From NCBI RefSeq assembly GCF_009914755.1, contig NC_060929.1: a stretch of DNA of 64,000 bases, one strand, 5' to 3'. The position numbers were made by a program, and so were the translations under genes. Origin of the DNA: the human T2T-CHM13v2.0 reference genome, Homo sapiens. This document shows positions 39,966-56,950 of the stretch, piece after piece. The stretch's first letter is position 1. The number at the start of each line of letters is the position of its first letter. The notes beneath the pieces were generated by a model that had not been told where the DNA came from, searched no databases, and saw only the letters and a list, made by a program, of their open reading frames with translations.

Positions 39966-41894
39966 TCAACTATCTTATATTGAACAAGGATACAATTATT
40001 AAAGATGTGACAACTATCAAATGGCCATAAGAAATATTCCAAATGAATCACAACTTGGCCAGCCTGATAGTGTAAGCAGCTGAATCACCTCTAGAAGTCA
40101 TATTTAGAATAAGTATCTGAGACAAATGAACTCCTAACTCTTTCAGACCACTTTTAGGAGGGTCTTCTTTGTCTTGCCTTTTGCCTTTATGATTGTAATG
40201 TGATTGAAATTACTTATAACTCTTATAAAGATCTTTAGTAGGGGGCAAATGCTTTTTGTCATTTAATACAAAATAAAAATTTATTTGGTATTAAGTCTAA
40301 TGGATATTAACATTCACGTAAGAGAAAATCTTGTTTTGAAGATAAGTGTAATTTTTGACTGGGAAAGCAAAGAATCTTCAATATCTTTTAAACTATCTAA
40401 AGTTTTTAAAAATAGAAGTTCTGGAAATGTTTCGATTGGATTACATATGCAGATTCCTAAAGCTGGTTGCTCCTCAGGTAACCCTTCTCATTTGAGATTT
40501 CAATTCCCATGGATGTATTGAGTGAGGGAGATGAAGAAAAATAGATGCCTCAATAAGACAGAAATGGATAGAGGTAGAGACACAGATAGTACAAGAGTGA
40601 GAAAGTGAGATACAGAAAGAAAAAGAGACAGAGACAGAGAGACAGAAATTAAAGTGCCATATTTTCAGTGATTTTGAAAATGTTGTAGAAAAATGGTGTC
40701 TAGTTTACTGTTCTCATTTCATTTCATGTGATGATCTTTAACTCCTGCTCTTTTTATTTCCCTTCTTATAGGAGGAAAATCCTCCCTTACCTTGGCCCAT
40801 TAAAGTATGCGGGCAGAATAAATTGTTAACTCCAACAACTGGCAAATATACTGAGAACCGAAGTTTTCCCACTGAAAAGAAGAAAAATATTGCTGCACTT
40901 GCTATTATTGAAATATGCCCTATTATAAATAATTTCTTGTCCTAAATTCTCATCATAAGGCACAAATAACATTCACCTGGAAAATGCAAAGAACCACATA
41001 ACTGACGCACAAGGCAGAAAAACTGAAATGAAAATAAACAATTTACAAATTTGTACATCAGCATTTTTCAATATTTGGATAGAAAATGTCAATAGTACAA
41101 TATATTCCATACTGTATAAATTCTTTCTGTGAGAAATGGTGTCTTTAATCCTTCCCTATGTTTTAGTTTTATTAGAATCACTAATCCATATGCATTTTCT
41201 CCACACAAACTTTCACATCCTTCTCTTGGGATCCACTCCACTTTCTACATAAAGTTAAAATATCACAACAGTTTCAAAACTACTCTCTGGTGTTTTGTAT
41301 TCATCTTTCACAAAACCTAACTGAGTTGGCTATCTATAGTTTAGATTCTTCCTAAACTCTTACTTCTGCTACCCTAACTGCAGGGATTCTTTAAAAGCCA
41401 ATACAAGTTCTGGAATCATTGCTTTTTCCCACTGTGTCCTTCAATTTCCCATTTCTGAGTTTACTTGTCTTCCCTAAAATGTCTTAGTTTCACAAAAACA
41501 ACAGTCATGTCAATCATATTTATCATTTTCTCTCTGTGCCAATTACAAATAAGTTATTTCATAAATTTTTTTGAATCTTTTTATGTGTTAATTAATTTAG
41601 AAAGTGACAAATGGCGAGAATCCTAACAATCACCTAAATCTTTCAATAGTGGGTGATAATATCCTCCTAAATTACATTTTAACTTCTATTTCCAGAGTTA
41701 AATGTCATCAAATTGTTTACATTTTTGAAATATTTTGCCTAGATGGACTTATAAATGTATGAATAAGATATGTTTTGTTATTCTGCATAATTTAGACAAC
41801 ATGACGTTTATCTAACAATATATTATGTACTTCAGTTTTTAAAGGGCTTTATAGTATTCCAGAGAGCACAGTAATTCACTTTCACTAAACACTT

Positions 41895-41934
41895 TATAGT
41901 CTCCAGAGAAACAAAATCAAGAGAGGATACATGG

Positions 41935-41976
<42 letters not shown>

Positions 41977-42363
41977 GTATATACGTAGAGAGAGAAAGAG
42001 ATAGTGGGGCAGGGGGAGAAAGAAAGGAGCAGAGGGAGGTTTTAAGAGACTGGCTCACATGATTGTGCGAGGTAGCAAGTTCAAACTGAAGGGAAGGTAG
42101 CAGACTGGAAATGCAATTAGGATTTCTATGGTGCATATTTGATGAGAATTCCTTCTTCTTTGGGAAATCTTAGTCTTTGCTTTTTATATTTTTACTTAAT
42201 TGAATGAGGCCAATCTGCATTATAGAGGACAATATGCTTTACACAAAGTCTACTGATTTAATCATGTCTAAAAAATACTTTCACAGCAATATTTTACTAG
42301 TGCTTCACCACACAATTGGACTCTGTAGCCCAGTAAAATGGACATGTAAAATTAACCATCACA
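41895..42363 (-). mobile_element. MLT2 (D-like) ERV-L solo LTR containing (CA)n at 41937-41974
   Basis: ctccagagaaacaaaatcaa...tggctcacatgattgtg...aaaattaaccatcaca. Confidence 0.85.
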
Positions 42364-42364
42364 G

Positions 42365-43230
42365 CAATCTATCCATTGCTCAGGGCCAAAATTAGAGTTA
42401 TTTTTGACTGATCTCCTTTATATGGCACAACCACTCCATAACTAATTCATATAGGCTTCTTGATCCAAACATGTCTACCTCTCTCCACATCTAATCCACT
42501 ATACCATCATAGCCCAGTCACATTTTTTGTGTAGATTACTGCAATGGTACCTTAACTGCTCTCCTGCCTTCCACACTTGACCTCCCTCATATCCCACCCT
42601 CCCCAACACATATATATTCTCCATAAAACAATCAGAGTAATTTCATTTAAGGAAACTCCTCTACTGAGAACACCCCAATAGCTTCCCATCTAGGGCCAAG
42701 TAAAATTAACACTCCTTACTTCTTAGAACGCTCCAGACTCTGGGCCCTTGCCTCATTTCCTACCACAGCTCCATCATATGCCACTTCAGAAGCATTAGCT
42801 TACTTGACGTCCTGTGAACATATCAAGCATGGCCTCTCTCAGAACATTTCCTTTCTGTCCCATCTGTTCATAACCACCTTTCTCCAGGTATCTGTATTGC
42901 ATTGTTTCTTACTGTATTTAGGTTTCTGCCTCTAAATCACTATAACACAGAGTACTCTCCTTATCAGTGTTTTTAAAGTACCCCAATCAAACACTGAAAG
43001 TCTTCATGCCTATAATTCTCCTTTATTCTTCCTTATTGCAACTATCATATTCGGATGTAAAGTGTATATATTGTAAACTTGTAAACTTATCTGTTGGTTT
43101 ACTCCTTCACTCCCTGTGCACAGGAATAAAAGTGTCATGAAATTGGAGACCACACCAAAATCTTTCACTGTGGTTTTCTCAAGCAACTGAAGTTAATTTT
43201 GGCATATAGTGCCTCTATTTAAAAATGTGA
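42365..43230 (+). mobile_element. L2a 3' portion
   Basis: ccattgctcagggccaaaa...gattactgcaatgg...ctctcctgccttcc...tctttcactg...ggcatatagt. Confidence 0.7.
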
Positions 43231-43534
43231 AGATTTATTACTTAATTTGCAATATTTCTTCAATTCGAATGCCTCTTTTTCTACTTATTGAATTATGAAT
43301 TATTGAATACTTATTAATTACTAAATATTCAAAATATTTTATTTCATGCTTTAAAAATCATTTTATGTGTGTCTATTATACCCCTTTTATAAATAACAAC
43401 ACTGATATTCAAATAGTTAATAACTCTCTGTCAGAGAGCTTACAAGAGATAAAACAAGAATTAAGATGCTGGATTTTGTAACTCAAAAGGCTATGATACC
43501 ATAAATGAGTTACATATTAATAAAATAATGTTTA

Positions 43535-43630
43535 ATTAATAAAATAATGAATAAAAGTGTCAGAGAACTAACACACATACACATTAACAAAATAATGAAT
43601 AAAAGTGTCAGAGGACTAACGCACATACAC
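43535..43630. repeat. 48-bp tandem duplication
   Basis: attaa(t/c)aaaataatgaataaaagtgtcagag(a/g)actaac(a/g)cacatacac x2. Confidence 0.9.
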
Positions 43631-43689
43631 ACAAATCATCAGATAAATTCAGAACTATGCAGTCTAAATGTGAGTATAGAATGGGTAAA

Positions 43690-45160
43690 AGTATCTTGAC
43701 TGAATACCATTGAAACAATGAAATAGACTAGTATAAAATTACTCTAAAATGTGGCAAGAAGAAAATAAATGGACTAGAGACCTCATGACTTGAAGAATGA
43801 GAATGAATTGAGTTTCTGTAGCTTTATTTTTATTCCTCATATATCTCATACTGGGTGCCAGAGAACTCTGCACACTCAGACTGCCAGCAGAGATAAGTAA
43901 AAAATAAGACAAAAAGAAAGAAAAGTGTACTCTGTCTGACCAAAGACTGCTAAAGGAGAATCCCAGTAGAGATTTAGTGTGGAGTCCCATGCCCAGTGGG
44001 AATGGTGGCCCAATCTGCCTGATGCATCATTGCCAGCAGATCCTGAATGGGCCAAGTTATCCCTTGTTTTACACCCACTGGTAGTAGCAGCTCCTTCTAA
44101 CTCCAGTGGTGATGTCAATAGATACAGTGAAGGCTGTCAGAACCTACATTATAAACCTAAACATTTTGATAGCCAGTTAAATTAGAAGATTTAAATAGAA
44201 TCAAGAATGCCTTAACATAATATCAAATATAACCAGAATATAATTGAATATCACTCATCATACCAAGAACCAGAAAAATCTCAATTTAAATGAGAAAAAG
44301 ACAATACAGTTATGCCAAGGCTGAGATGAAATGGTTTTTAGAGCTATCTGGCAAAGAGTTCATATCAGCCATTATTAAGTAGATTTCTCAAATCGTTACA
44401 AATTTCATTAACACAAGTAAAAATAAGAAGCCTCAAAAATAGAAATATAAACTATAAAAAATCCAAATGGACATGGTAAAATAACAAAATGCAATAACAA
44501 ATATGCACTCCTTGGAATGCATCAATAGTAAAGGTAACAAAAACCAGGATGTTAGGATAGATCATTGGAATTTACCTTATCTGAACAACAGAGATAAAAT
44601 AGAATCAAAAATAAAAAAGCCTCACGAACACGTGGGATGATAAAAGGATCTCAATTTATGTCATTGAAATATCAGAAGGAAAGGAGAATGAATGAGGTGA
44701 TTAAAAAGAATTCTAAGAAATAATGAACAAAAATGTCACAAACTTGGCCAAAGATAGAAACCTACAATTTCAAGAAACCATGTGAATACCAAATACGTAA
44801 CTTCAACGAAATCTATGCCAAGACAGATCATAACTAAATCTCTCAAAACTAAAGACAAGGGAAAAATATTAAAAGCAACCAGAATGACATTCAGAATCTA
44901 GGTTTAAGGAAAGATATGTTAGCCTTGACTATGAAAGCATGTTTTATATAAGGAAAATTGACAAATTGGACTTTATTGAAAATAATAAGTTGGCTCCATG
45001 AAGAGGATACAAAGGTAAACTATAGACTTGGAAAAAATATTTTAAAATACTTACATGCCAGAGCACTAATATCTAGAATCTATATAGAAGGTTTTAAACT
45101 TCAAAAGTTAAAATTAAATAATTAAGTCTGAAAATGGCAGGTAATATTAAACAGATAGTC
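43690..45160 (+). mobile_element. Ancient L1M 5'/ORF1 fragment followed by an ORF2 3' piece
   Basis: ccaagaaccagaaaaatctcaattt...gccaagacagatcataactaaatc...attaaaagcaaccaga (ORF1); aaaattgacaaattggactttattgaaaat (ORF2). Confidence 0.65.
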
Positions 45161-45164
45161 TAGA

Positions 45165-45745
45165 ATCCTCACCCTCAGTGGGGTAGATAGAGGTTGGGGA
45201 GAGATACTTGAACAGCTGCACAAATTCCTGCAGCCTAGGCCACTGAGGAATCATGGATGTTGACAACAGCTGAAAACTGTATGAAGATGATACTACAGCG
45301 CCCACCCAGAATCAAATCCAGTTCACCCCATCTAACCAAAATCCTGTAACACATCTGGAGTTGAAAATCTTTCCCTACAAAAACCACTTTACAAAACTGA
45401 AAAAGGCAGTTGTTGTGCCAGATGCACAGATATCAATGCAAGGACACAAGAAACATGAAACAGTAAAAAGAAATGACACAGTAACTGATCACTTGGAAAA
45501 GGAAATGTACAAATTGTCTGAAAAAGAAATCAAAATAATGATCTTAAGGAAATTCAGTAAGATACAAAAGAATCCAGATAGAAAATACAATTCAACCAGG
45601 AAAAAATTCATAATTTGGATTAGAAATTCAGCAAAAATATAGATATCATAAAAAATCTCAGAAACTTTGAAGCTGAAAACTTCAATAAATAAGATAAATA
45701 TACAACTGAGAGCTTGAAAAGCAGACGATCAAATGAGAAGAAAGT
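45165..45745 (+). mobile_element. L1M2/M3-like 5'UTR/ORF1 fragment
   Basis: ORF1-like EMYKLSEKEIKIMILRKFSKIQ in ORF 45361-45642. Confidence 0.65.
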
Positions 45746-46024
45746 GCTTATTTAAGAAAGAAAGTAAATTTATATTTAGAATCAGAATCAAATCACAAAA
45801 AAGTGTAAATTTTGAAAAAAAATCAATAAATGCCAACCACATGAGATAATCCGAAAAGCATAGTTTTTTCTTAGCTACTTTCATCACACAACTCTATAGT
45901 ACCTTTGTTCCTTTGTTTTCCTTTTTGTTTGGCTGCACACTCTTTGGTCACCTATTCAAGTGACAATGATTTTATAATATTTCTAATAGCTAAGATAGAG
46001 TGATTATTTATTTATATCACTTAT

Positions 46025-47041
46025 TGTTTCTTCTAACTTTTATCTTAGCCTCAGAGGTTATGTGAGCCAGTTTGTTACATGGGTAAATTGTGTGTCACTG
46101 GAGTTTGGTGTACAAGTAATTTTCATTACCCAGGTAGTAAGCATAGTACCTGACAGGTGTTTTTTTTAATCCTCACCCTTCTTCCACACTGCACCCTCAA
46201 GTAAGTACCAGTGTTTATTGTTTCCCTCTTTGTGTCCATGTGTACTTTTTGTTCTCATCTTTGTGTCCATATATTCTTAATGTTTAGCTCCCACTTATAA
46301 GTGAGAACATGTGGTATTTAGTTTTCTGGGACTGCATTAATTTGCTTAGAATAATGGCCTCCAGCTGCATTCATATTGCAGCAGAGGACCTAGTTGCATT
46401 CTTTTTTTATGGTGGCATAGTACCCCATGGTGTATATGTACCACATTTTCTTTATTCAGTTCACCCTCGGTGAGCATGTAGTTTGACTTCATATCTTTGT
46501 TATTGTGAAAAGTGCTATGATGAACATATGTGTGCATGTGTCTTAAGGGTAGAATAATTTATATTCCTTTGAGTATACATCCAGTAACGGGATTTCTGGG
46601 TTGAATTATGATTCTGTTTTAAGTTCTTTGGTAAATCTCCAAACTGCTTTCCACAGTGGCTAAACAAATTTACATTTCCTCCAGCAGTGTATAAGTTTCC
46701 TTTTCCCTGCATCCTCACCAGCATTGGTTATTTTTTCACTTTTTAATAATAATCATTCTGACTGATGTGAAATGGCATTTCACTGTGGTTTTGATTTGCA
46801 TTTATCTAATAATTAGTCATGTTGAGCATTTTTCCTTATGTTTGTTGGCTATTGGTGTGTCTTCTTTTAAAAAATGTTTGTTCATGTGCTTTGTACATTT
46901 TTCAATGGGGTTGTTCGTTTTTTGACTTGTTGATTGGTTTAAATTCCTTATAGATTCTAGATATTAGACTTTTGTCAGATGGATACTTTGCAAATATTTT
47001 CTTCCATTATGTAAGTTGTGTGTTAACTCTGTTGATAGTTT
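46025..47041 (-). mobile_element. L1PA15/16 3' ~1 kb
   Basis: tttgttacatgggtaaattgtgtgtcactgg...cccaggtagtaagcatagtacc...cccacttataagtgagaacatg. Confidence 0.88.
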
Positions 47042-47340
47042 GTGAGTATTTTGTGATTCCATATATATTTTAAGATTGTATTTGTGTTAAAGACTCCAAG
47101 TCTTTAACAACATCCCACCTGTAGTCGTTTGGGGCCCAGGACAGTCAATGTCAGCATCCTTCACAACTCTGAAATTCTAGTATATGTTGTATACATTACA
47201 TACTTTGTACATTTTTTTTAAATGACAGAAAGCTAGATCCGACAGTGGTAATTCATTGGGACACAACAAATCACCAACTACTTGGGATATAATGGAAACC
47301 TTTTATCACCACGTGGATGACAGGAATAGGTGAAACTAAT

Positions 47341-47500
47341 GGTCCTAACACAGGGAAATGATCAATGCTTGAGGTGACAGATACTCCCATTATCCTGATT
47401 TGATGATTAAACATTGTATGCTTATATCAAAATGCCACATGTATCCCATAAATATGTACAACTGTTATGTATCTGTAATAATTAAAAATTAAAAAATAAA
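47341..47500 (+). mobile_element. L1MA 3' terminal fragment
   Basis: aatgcttgaggtgacagatac...cacatgtatcccataaatatgtacaac, then A-rich tail. Confidence 0.75.
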
Positions 47501-48668
47501 GATCCTTTAGAAAGCCAGTGTTTATTAGAATACACTTAAATATTTATTTAACAATAAATTAATTATAATTTCCCAATGAAATACAAAATACAAAATTATA
47601 AATAATCTATTCAAAATTAAACTTGAAACTTATTTGAGGGGTTGACAACAGGTAAAATAAACTCTTTCCCGATCATAATTCAACTTCCATTTTTGTAATT
47701 ATTTGTATTTAAATTGCCTGGAGTAGAGGCTTGCATATCATGATAGTGTTGTTTTGTTTCCCTGCACTGATTGGATGCTGCTTATTTAAAGAACTCTGGT
47801 AGTGGCACTCAAATAGTTCATAGATTGATAATTTTTCTTGTATATACGACAAGCAACAGGCAGTGATTTCTGTGAACTGCTTATCAACTTATTATAGAAG
47901 AAAAGCTTAAATATGCATATATTCATGTGATTCCTCTGTGCATATTTGAATTTCAAAAATTCAAAATTATTCAAACTATTTTATCTTTGTTAGTGTGTGT
48001 CATCGGCTACTTAGACCCTTGTGATATGGCCCTGAAGGAAAAATGCTTTTTTATTGATTTACTCACTCACAGAAACTAATGTCATCTCTAACTCTGCTCA
48101 CTTGCTATTACTGTAAAAGAAGGTCAATAAGCAATATTTGGGATCTTTACTTTCTTTATTAGTGAGTTGAAATATAATCAGTGCAACCAATGTAATTTTC
48201 TGTTCCCCAAAATATATAAAAGCTCAAATTTCAAGAAGTATATTTGTCAATAACAATTGATTTAATAGCTCAAATATATACATAATTTAAACAGAAACCA
48301 AGTTGTCAAGAGACATATTTACCTTATATGTGTTTGACGTTCTTGTATTTTGACCAATTTACCAATAATAGCATTGCAAATTACCATTATTTTTCAACAT
48401 AAATAAGAATTTTTGCTGAAAAAAATTGTGGATAATATGAAAATTTAAGTAATTCTCAGTAAAATATATTTTTTAAAGGGCTTGAGGACAAATAATTAAC
48501 TGAGTAATAATCAGTTTCATTTTCCCTAAAATTTTTAGCAAAATGAATCACAATCTCTCTAGGTTTTTCTCCAGCGTAACTTCCTGTAGCAGGTCACACA
48601 TGTGGATGCAACAGAGAGCTGGCATATGCTGCTACTACTTTGAGATCCTTGTCACCAAATAACCACTC

Positions 48669-50382
48669 TGTGAAGGACCTCTTCAAGGAGAACTACAATC
48701 CACTGCTCAACGAAATAAAAGAGGACACAAACAAATGGAAAAACTTTCCATGCTCATGGATAGGAAGAATCAATATCATGAAAATGGTCATACTGCCCAA
48801 AGTAATTTATGGATTCAATGCTATCCCCATTAAGCTACCACTGACTTTCTTCAGAGAATTGGAAAACACTACTTTAAATTTCATATGGAACCGAAAAAAA
48901 GACCGCATAGCCAAGACAATCCTAAGCAAAAAGAATAAAGCTGGAGGCATCATGCTACCTGACTTCAAACTATATTACAAGACTAAAGTAACCAAAAAAG
49001 CATGGTACTGGTACCAAAACAGATACATAGACCAATGGAACAGAACAGAGGCCTCAGAAATAATGCCACACATCTACAACCATCTGATCTTTGACAAACC
49101 TGACAAAAAACAAGCAATGGGGAAAGGATTCCCTATTTAATAAATGGTGTTGGGAAAACTGGCTAGCCATATGCACCAAGCTAAACCTGGATCCCTTTCT
49201 TATACCTTATACAAAAATTAGCGCAAGATGGATTAAAGACTTAAATGTAAGACCTAAAACCATAAAAACTCTAGAAGAAAACCTAGGCAATACCATTGAG
49301 GACATAGGCATGGGCAAATATTTCATGGCTAAAACACCAAATGAAATGGCAACAAAAGCCAAAATTGAAAAATGGGATCTAATTAAACTAAAGAGCTTCT
49401 GCACAGCAAAAGAAACTATCATCAGAGTGAACAGGCAACCTACAGAATGGGAGAAAATGTTTGTAATCTATCCATCTGACAAAGGGCTAATATCCAGAAG
49501 CTACAATGAACTTAAACAAATTTACAAGAAAAAAAAACCCCATCAAAAAGTGAGTGAAGCATATGAACACACAGTTCTCAAAAGAAGACATTTATGCAGC
49601 CAACAAACATATGAAAACAATCTCATCATCACTGGTCATTAGAGAAATGCAAATCAAAACCACAATGAGATACCATCTCACGCCAGTTAGAATGGTGATG
49701 ATTAAAAAGTCAGGAAACAACAGATGCTGGAGAGGATGTGTAGAAATAGGAATGCTTTTACACTGTTGGTGGGAGTATAAATTAGTTCAACTATTGTGGA
49801 AGACATTGTGGCGATTCCTCAAGGATCTGGAACTGGAAATACTATTTGACCCAGCAATCCCATTACTGGGTATATGCCCAAAGGATTATAAATCATTCTA
49901 CTATAAAGACACATGCACATGTATGTTTATTGCAGCACTGTTCACAATAGCAAAGACTTGGAACCAACCCAAATGCCCATCAATAATAGACTAGATAAAT
50001 GTGGCACATATACACCATGGAATACTATGCAGCCATAAAAAACGATGAGTTTATGTCCTTTGCAGGGACATGGATGAAGCTGGAAGCCATCATTCTCAGC
50101 AAACTAACACAAGAACAGAAAACCAAATAGTGCATATTCTCACTCATAAGTGGGAGTTGAACAATGAGAACACATGGACACAGGGAGGGAAACATCACAC
50201 ACCAGGGCCTGTTGGGGGATGGGGCCTAGGGGAGGGATAGAATTAGGAGAAATACCTAATGTAGATGATGGGTTGATGGGTGCAGTAATCCACCATGGCA
50301 CGTGTATACCTATGTAACAAACTTGCATGTTCTGCACATGTACCCCAGAACGTAAAGTGTAATAATAATAATAATTAAAAAT
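48669..50382 (+). mobile_element. 5'-truncated L1PA7
   Basis: Frameshifted ORF2 C-terminal pieces at 48640-49994; PA7-type 3'UTR (ctaggggagggatag...tagatgatgggttgatgggtgcag); 19-bp TSD at 48657-48675 and 50383-50401 with 3 mismatches. Confidence 0.92.
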
Positions 50383-50811
50383 AAAAAACCTTTCTGTGAA
50401 GAAGCTGAAATGAGATTGAAGAAACTATTTGGCGAAGACAAGTTCTGTAACAGAAGACCTCTGTATATGATTCCAGCCAATAGAGTTTAATATCTGCATT
50501 AAAAGAATTGATAAAATGTACTCAAATCTTCCCCGCCTGATTAGTATGCTGAATTGACATTGATGGGAACCAGATGACTCAACTGAGCAAAGCTTGAGCA
50601 ATACTAAAATGTGAAACCCTGGCAATACGACTCTGAGATTTTGTCCTATGCACGATTTAACATTTTATCACAATAATAATTTGAGACGCTTTTATAGATT
50701 AGTGATTATAATATGATGGAATTTAGCTTTTTGTAACACTGCTTAAAGAGAAAAATTAAAAGGTTTTGTAGATAATTTAATACATTGTCTAATTTTATTA
50801 GAAACTTCAGG

Positions 50812-51233
50812 TGTGTCATGGAAGGAAATCTGTATCTCCTCAAAGTTCATAGGCTGAAGCTTTAATTCCTAGTATTTGAGAGTCTCTGTCTCCTAGTACC
50901 TCAGAATGTGACTGTGTTTGGAGATAAGGCCTTTAAAGAGGTGAGTAGGGTGAAGTGAGATAATAGGAGTTGGGTTCTAATCCAACAGGACTCGTGTCCT
51001 TAGTAAAAGAGAAGAAACACTAGGAATGCTGGTGCACAGAGGAAAGGCCAAGTGAGGAGAGAGAGAGAAGGCGGCCATCTTCAAGGCAGGGAGAGAGGCC
51101 TCAGGAAAAACCAATCTTGCTGGAACATTGATCTTGGACTTCCAGTGTCCAGAACTATGACAAAATAAATTGCTCTTGTTTAAGTCACCCAGTTTGTGAT
51201 ATTTTGTTATGGCAGCCCTAGCAAACCAATGCA
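50812..51233 (+). mobile_element. MLT1A MaLR solo LTR
   Basis: cctcagaatgtgactgtgtttggagataagg...ttggacttccag...tggcagccctagcaaac. Confidence 0.88.
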
Positions 51234-51675
51234 AGAGGACTTATGTTTTCCTTAAACTCCTAAAAATTTACTTTGTTTTTAATTTCATTTACTATATGTA
51301 AACATGCTTTCAGAATTTCAGACTTCCTCAGAATGTTTAATTCCTTTCCAAAAAACATGTGACTCTTTTAATTATAGTATATTTTTCTATACTTACTGAA
51401 GAAATGATTTTATTATTCCCAATTTAGTTTCCACATTTCAAAGCTGGTTATGTATAGCAAGTCATACTTTTATATATAAAAAAATACCTTGCCAGTAACC
51501 TTCTCCAAAGTTATCTTCAGGTTTCTTAATGAAAGGGAGGATTCAATTCTTTTCTTTGTTGTGCTTCATAGATTTCAATTAATTGAAATAGTGGCTTTGA
51601 CAGAAAGACTAACATCTCTCTTTTTTTTTGGTAAAAATGAGTGTAATTTTAAAATACATAAGTGTTAAATATTTT

Positions 51676-54006
<2,331 letters not shown>

Positions 54007-54988
54007 ATATTTTAATGTTTAATCTCTTTGAAATTATCATTACCAGGAAGACAATTAAAATAAAGACACCCAAATGTAGAATTATTTTATATTTTGCATC
54101 CCTTACTGGAGAGGATTTAAAGAAAGACAGCACAGTCACAAGGCATTACTTCAGAGAATTGATTTTTTTAAAGGCTTTTATATGATAGGCTACAAATTAT
54201 CTCCTGGCCAGAAAGTGAAAACCAGTCAAGGTTGGTTATTATAGTTTTAATCATAAACCCCTCCAATGTTCAATATTTTGAAATTAGTTGAAAGAATTAT
54301 TATTATTGTCTTTGAAAATAGCTGTTATTGGAAATATATGTGTATGCATATGTATTATATATGTAATTCTGATGTTTCTGTATCCATTAACCTTATCCTA
54401 TGCATTTCACTACAAACTTCATATTTGAGCTACTACTCAAAAGTGTGCTTTCTTTTCTTATGAAATTTCTCAGTGAGGCTATGAAGAATGCTGGGACTTT
54501 TTATGATGTTGCTGTTGCTGTTAATACTTGTGTCATTTTATTCCTCTAGAAGACTGCAACTGTGTGCCTGTTGAGAGATTTGACTCTGTAATTTCAGCAA
54601 TCCCTGAAGAATAAAGTAATCTACACTTTGAAGTACAAGTTTTGAAATATTTCTGAGGCCAGTTCTTTCTGTATGGAAAGAATAAACACACCAAATATTC
54701 TCCCACTTGGTGAGATAAAAGAGAAATTCAGGCTAAGCACAAGAATATCATCTTGATGTAATAATAGTGATAATTATAATAACATCTTTATCTTGTGTAG
54801 TATTTTCTTATTGTAAAAATCATTTCAAATAACTTTAATGATTATTCATAGTGACTTCATCAACATGTTAAATAATACTCTGCAATATTGTAGAAATGGA
54901 ATATATTTTAGTTTTTTTTGCATTCTTAAAATATCCTTTCATATCTTCATATATTTCAGCCACAGATGTTTCACATCTGCACATATAA

Positions 54989-55358
<370 letters not shown>

Positions 55359-56449
55359 TAAAAATGTTTTTATCATATACTCAATAAAACACACACAAGT
55401 AAAAATAAAAAGTCAACTTTTTAGAAAATACAAAAGTTAAGTATATTTGATATTCACACTTTTTTCTTACCAAGTAATTTATCTCTTTTATGAATTTCCA
55501 AAATCCTATGAGATTTATGATGTTCTAAATTTACCATATAAACAGGATTTTTATCAGTGTTTTGAATATGCCTTAAACATGGTTTATTTCTTTAAGTTTC
55601 TAAGTGATAATGTATAAAATGCAAACTAAATCTAAGACAAGAATGATCATATTTTCTAACTGCATGGTTATAAAAACGCAAGAGTTTTATCAAAATCTGA
55701 TTCAAAGGAACCAATCCCAAGGAAAACCTAAGCAAAGCCAGTAAGCATTTAGAAATTACCTAGTGGATATCCAGCATTGTGCTGAACTTGCTGTTGAATT
55801 CAGAAAGAGTGTAGGTGAAGATTCTCCACTTAAACTATTAATAATCTAAGATATATATCTAATTAATTGTCTAGAAGATACATAAAATGATGTATATCAG
55901 CATATAATACACTAAATATGTGTATTTTATGTATTAATATATACTCATATTTTATACATTCTTCAGTGTAAAGCAAATGATTTCTTAATTTTCTTTACAT
56001 GTTTCATCAGAGGTAAAAATAATGACCTTTCCATAAATGCATAAGGAATGAGGTAACTGGAACTGAACAGGTCCTCATGAAATAGTTATCATGTTTGTAA
56101 AATGTTTTTGGTATAATTATGGGTACCCATATCACAACTGAACAACTAAATTGCAAGGCCTGAGATTGTGGGGCTATGTTTTAACATCCTCTGTCCTCCA
56201 TCTTGCGTTGAACCATGCTTTGGTTTTATCAGACATCGACTATGTTTCAGAGAAGGAATAAAAGATAGGAAGAAAAAAAAGAAAAGGCAGAAATGGGAAA
56301 TGAAGGATGGAAGCAGAGGTCCAGGAAGAAAGGAAGATAATCAAATTGAAGTTTGCAACAGTCAACAAATTAAAACAAAGATGACTGGAATTGAATAGAA
56401 ATACAGTTGATAAAAAAAGTAAAGATAGAAATGGGGCATGACACTTGAT

Positions 56450-56950
56450 TTGGTTATCCTCTGTCTCTCCATGTCTGCACTCCACTTTATATTTTTTCTC
56501 TGCCCTCTACTTTACTCTGGGAGACTGATTCCCACAGATTGCAAGACCTAGGCCCTTGTGCTTTCTGGCTTTCAGTTAAGTGGTATCAATGGGGCGCAAA
56601 CAAAAGATAGGAAGGCAAGAAGAGATGTATAACTTCCTGCCTTCTCATTATTTCACTGTGGATTGGAAAAAACTTTGTTTTCTCACTTATGGCTTTAGCT
56701 TCTCTTAGGTAGCTTTGCCCCTACAATTACAACAATTACTGGTTTCCAACAGCATTGTTCTCTCTCAAATAATCTACAGATCTAGGGCTACTAATGACTC
56801 CTTGCTTTTGTTAGTATCTGGAAGCTGTACCATCCCCTCTTAATTTCCTTAATCTTTTCCAGACCTTTGTAAACAGGCCTTTATTATTTTTTTAAATTAC
56901 CCTTTTATATGTACCATCTCTTTTTCTACCAAAATTATCTGACAATTAGT
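56450..56950 (+). mobile_element. LTR33-like ERV-L LTR (probable 5' LTR)
   Basis: ttctggctttcagtt...caatgggg...tctagggcta...ttgttagt...accatcccct...acctttgtaaa...aattaccctt. Confidence 0.7.

Noticed and set aside
48640-49994. Three L1 ORF2 ORFs as a functional gene
   Set aside because: Frameshifted, 5'-truncated L1PA7; the cysteine-rich motif is mutated (HCWWEY)
50540-50700. AP-1 (TGACTCA at 50575) and homeobox-like motifs
   Set aside because: Short motifs expected by chance in 64 kb; no supporting structure
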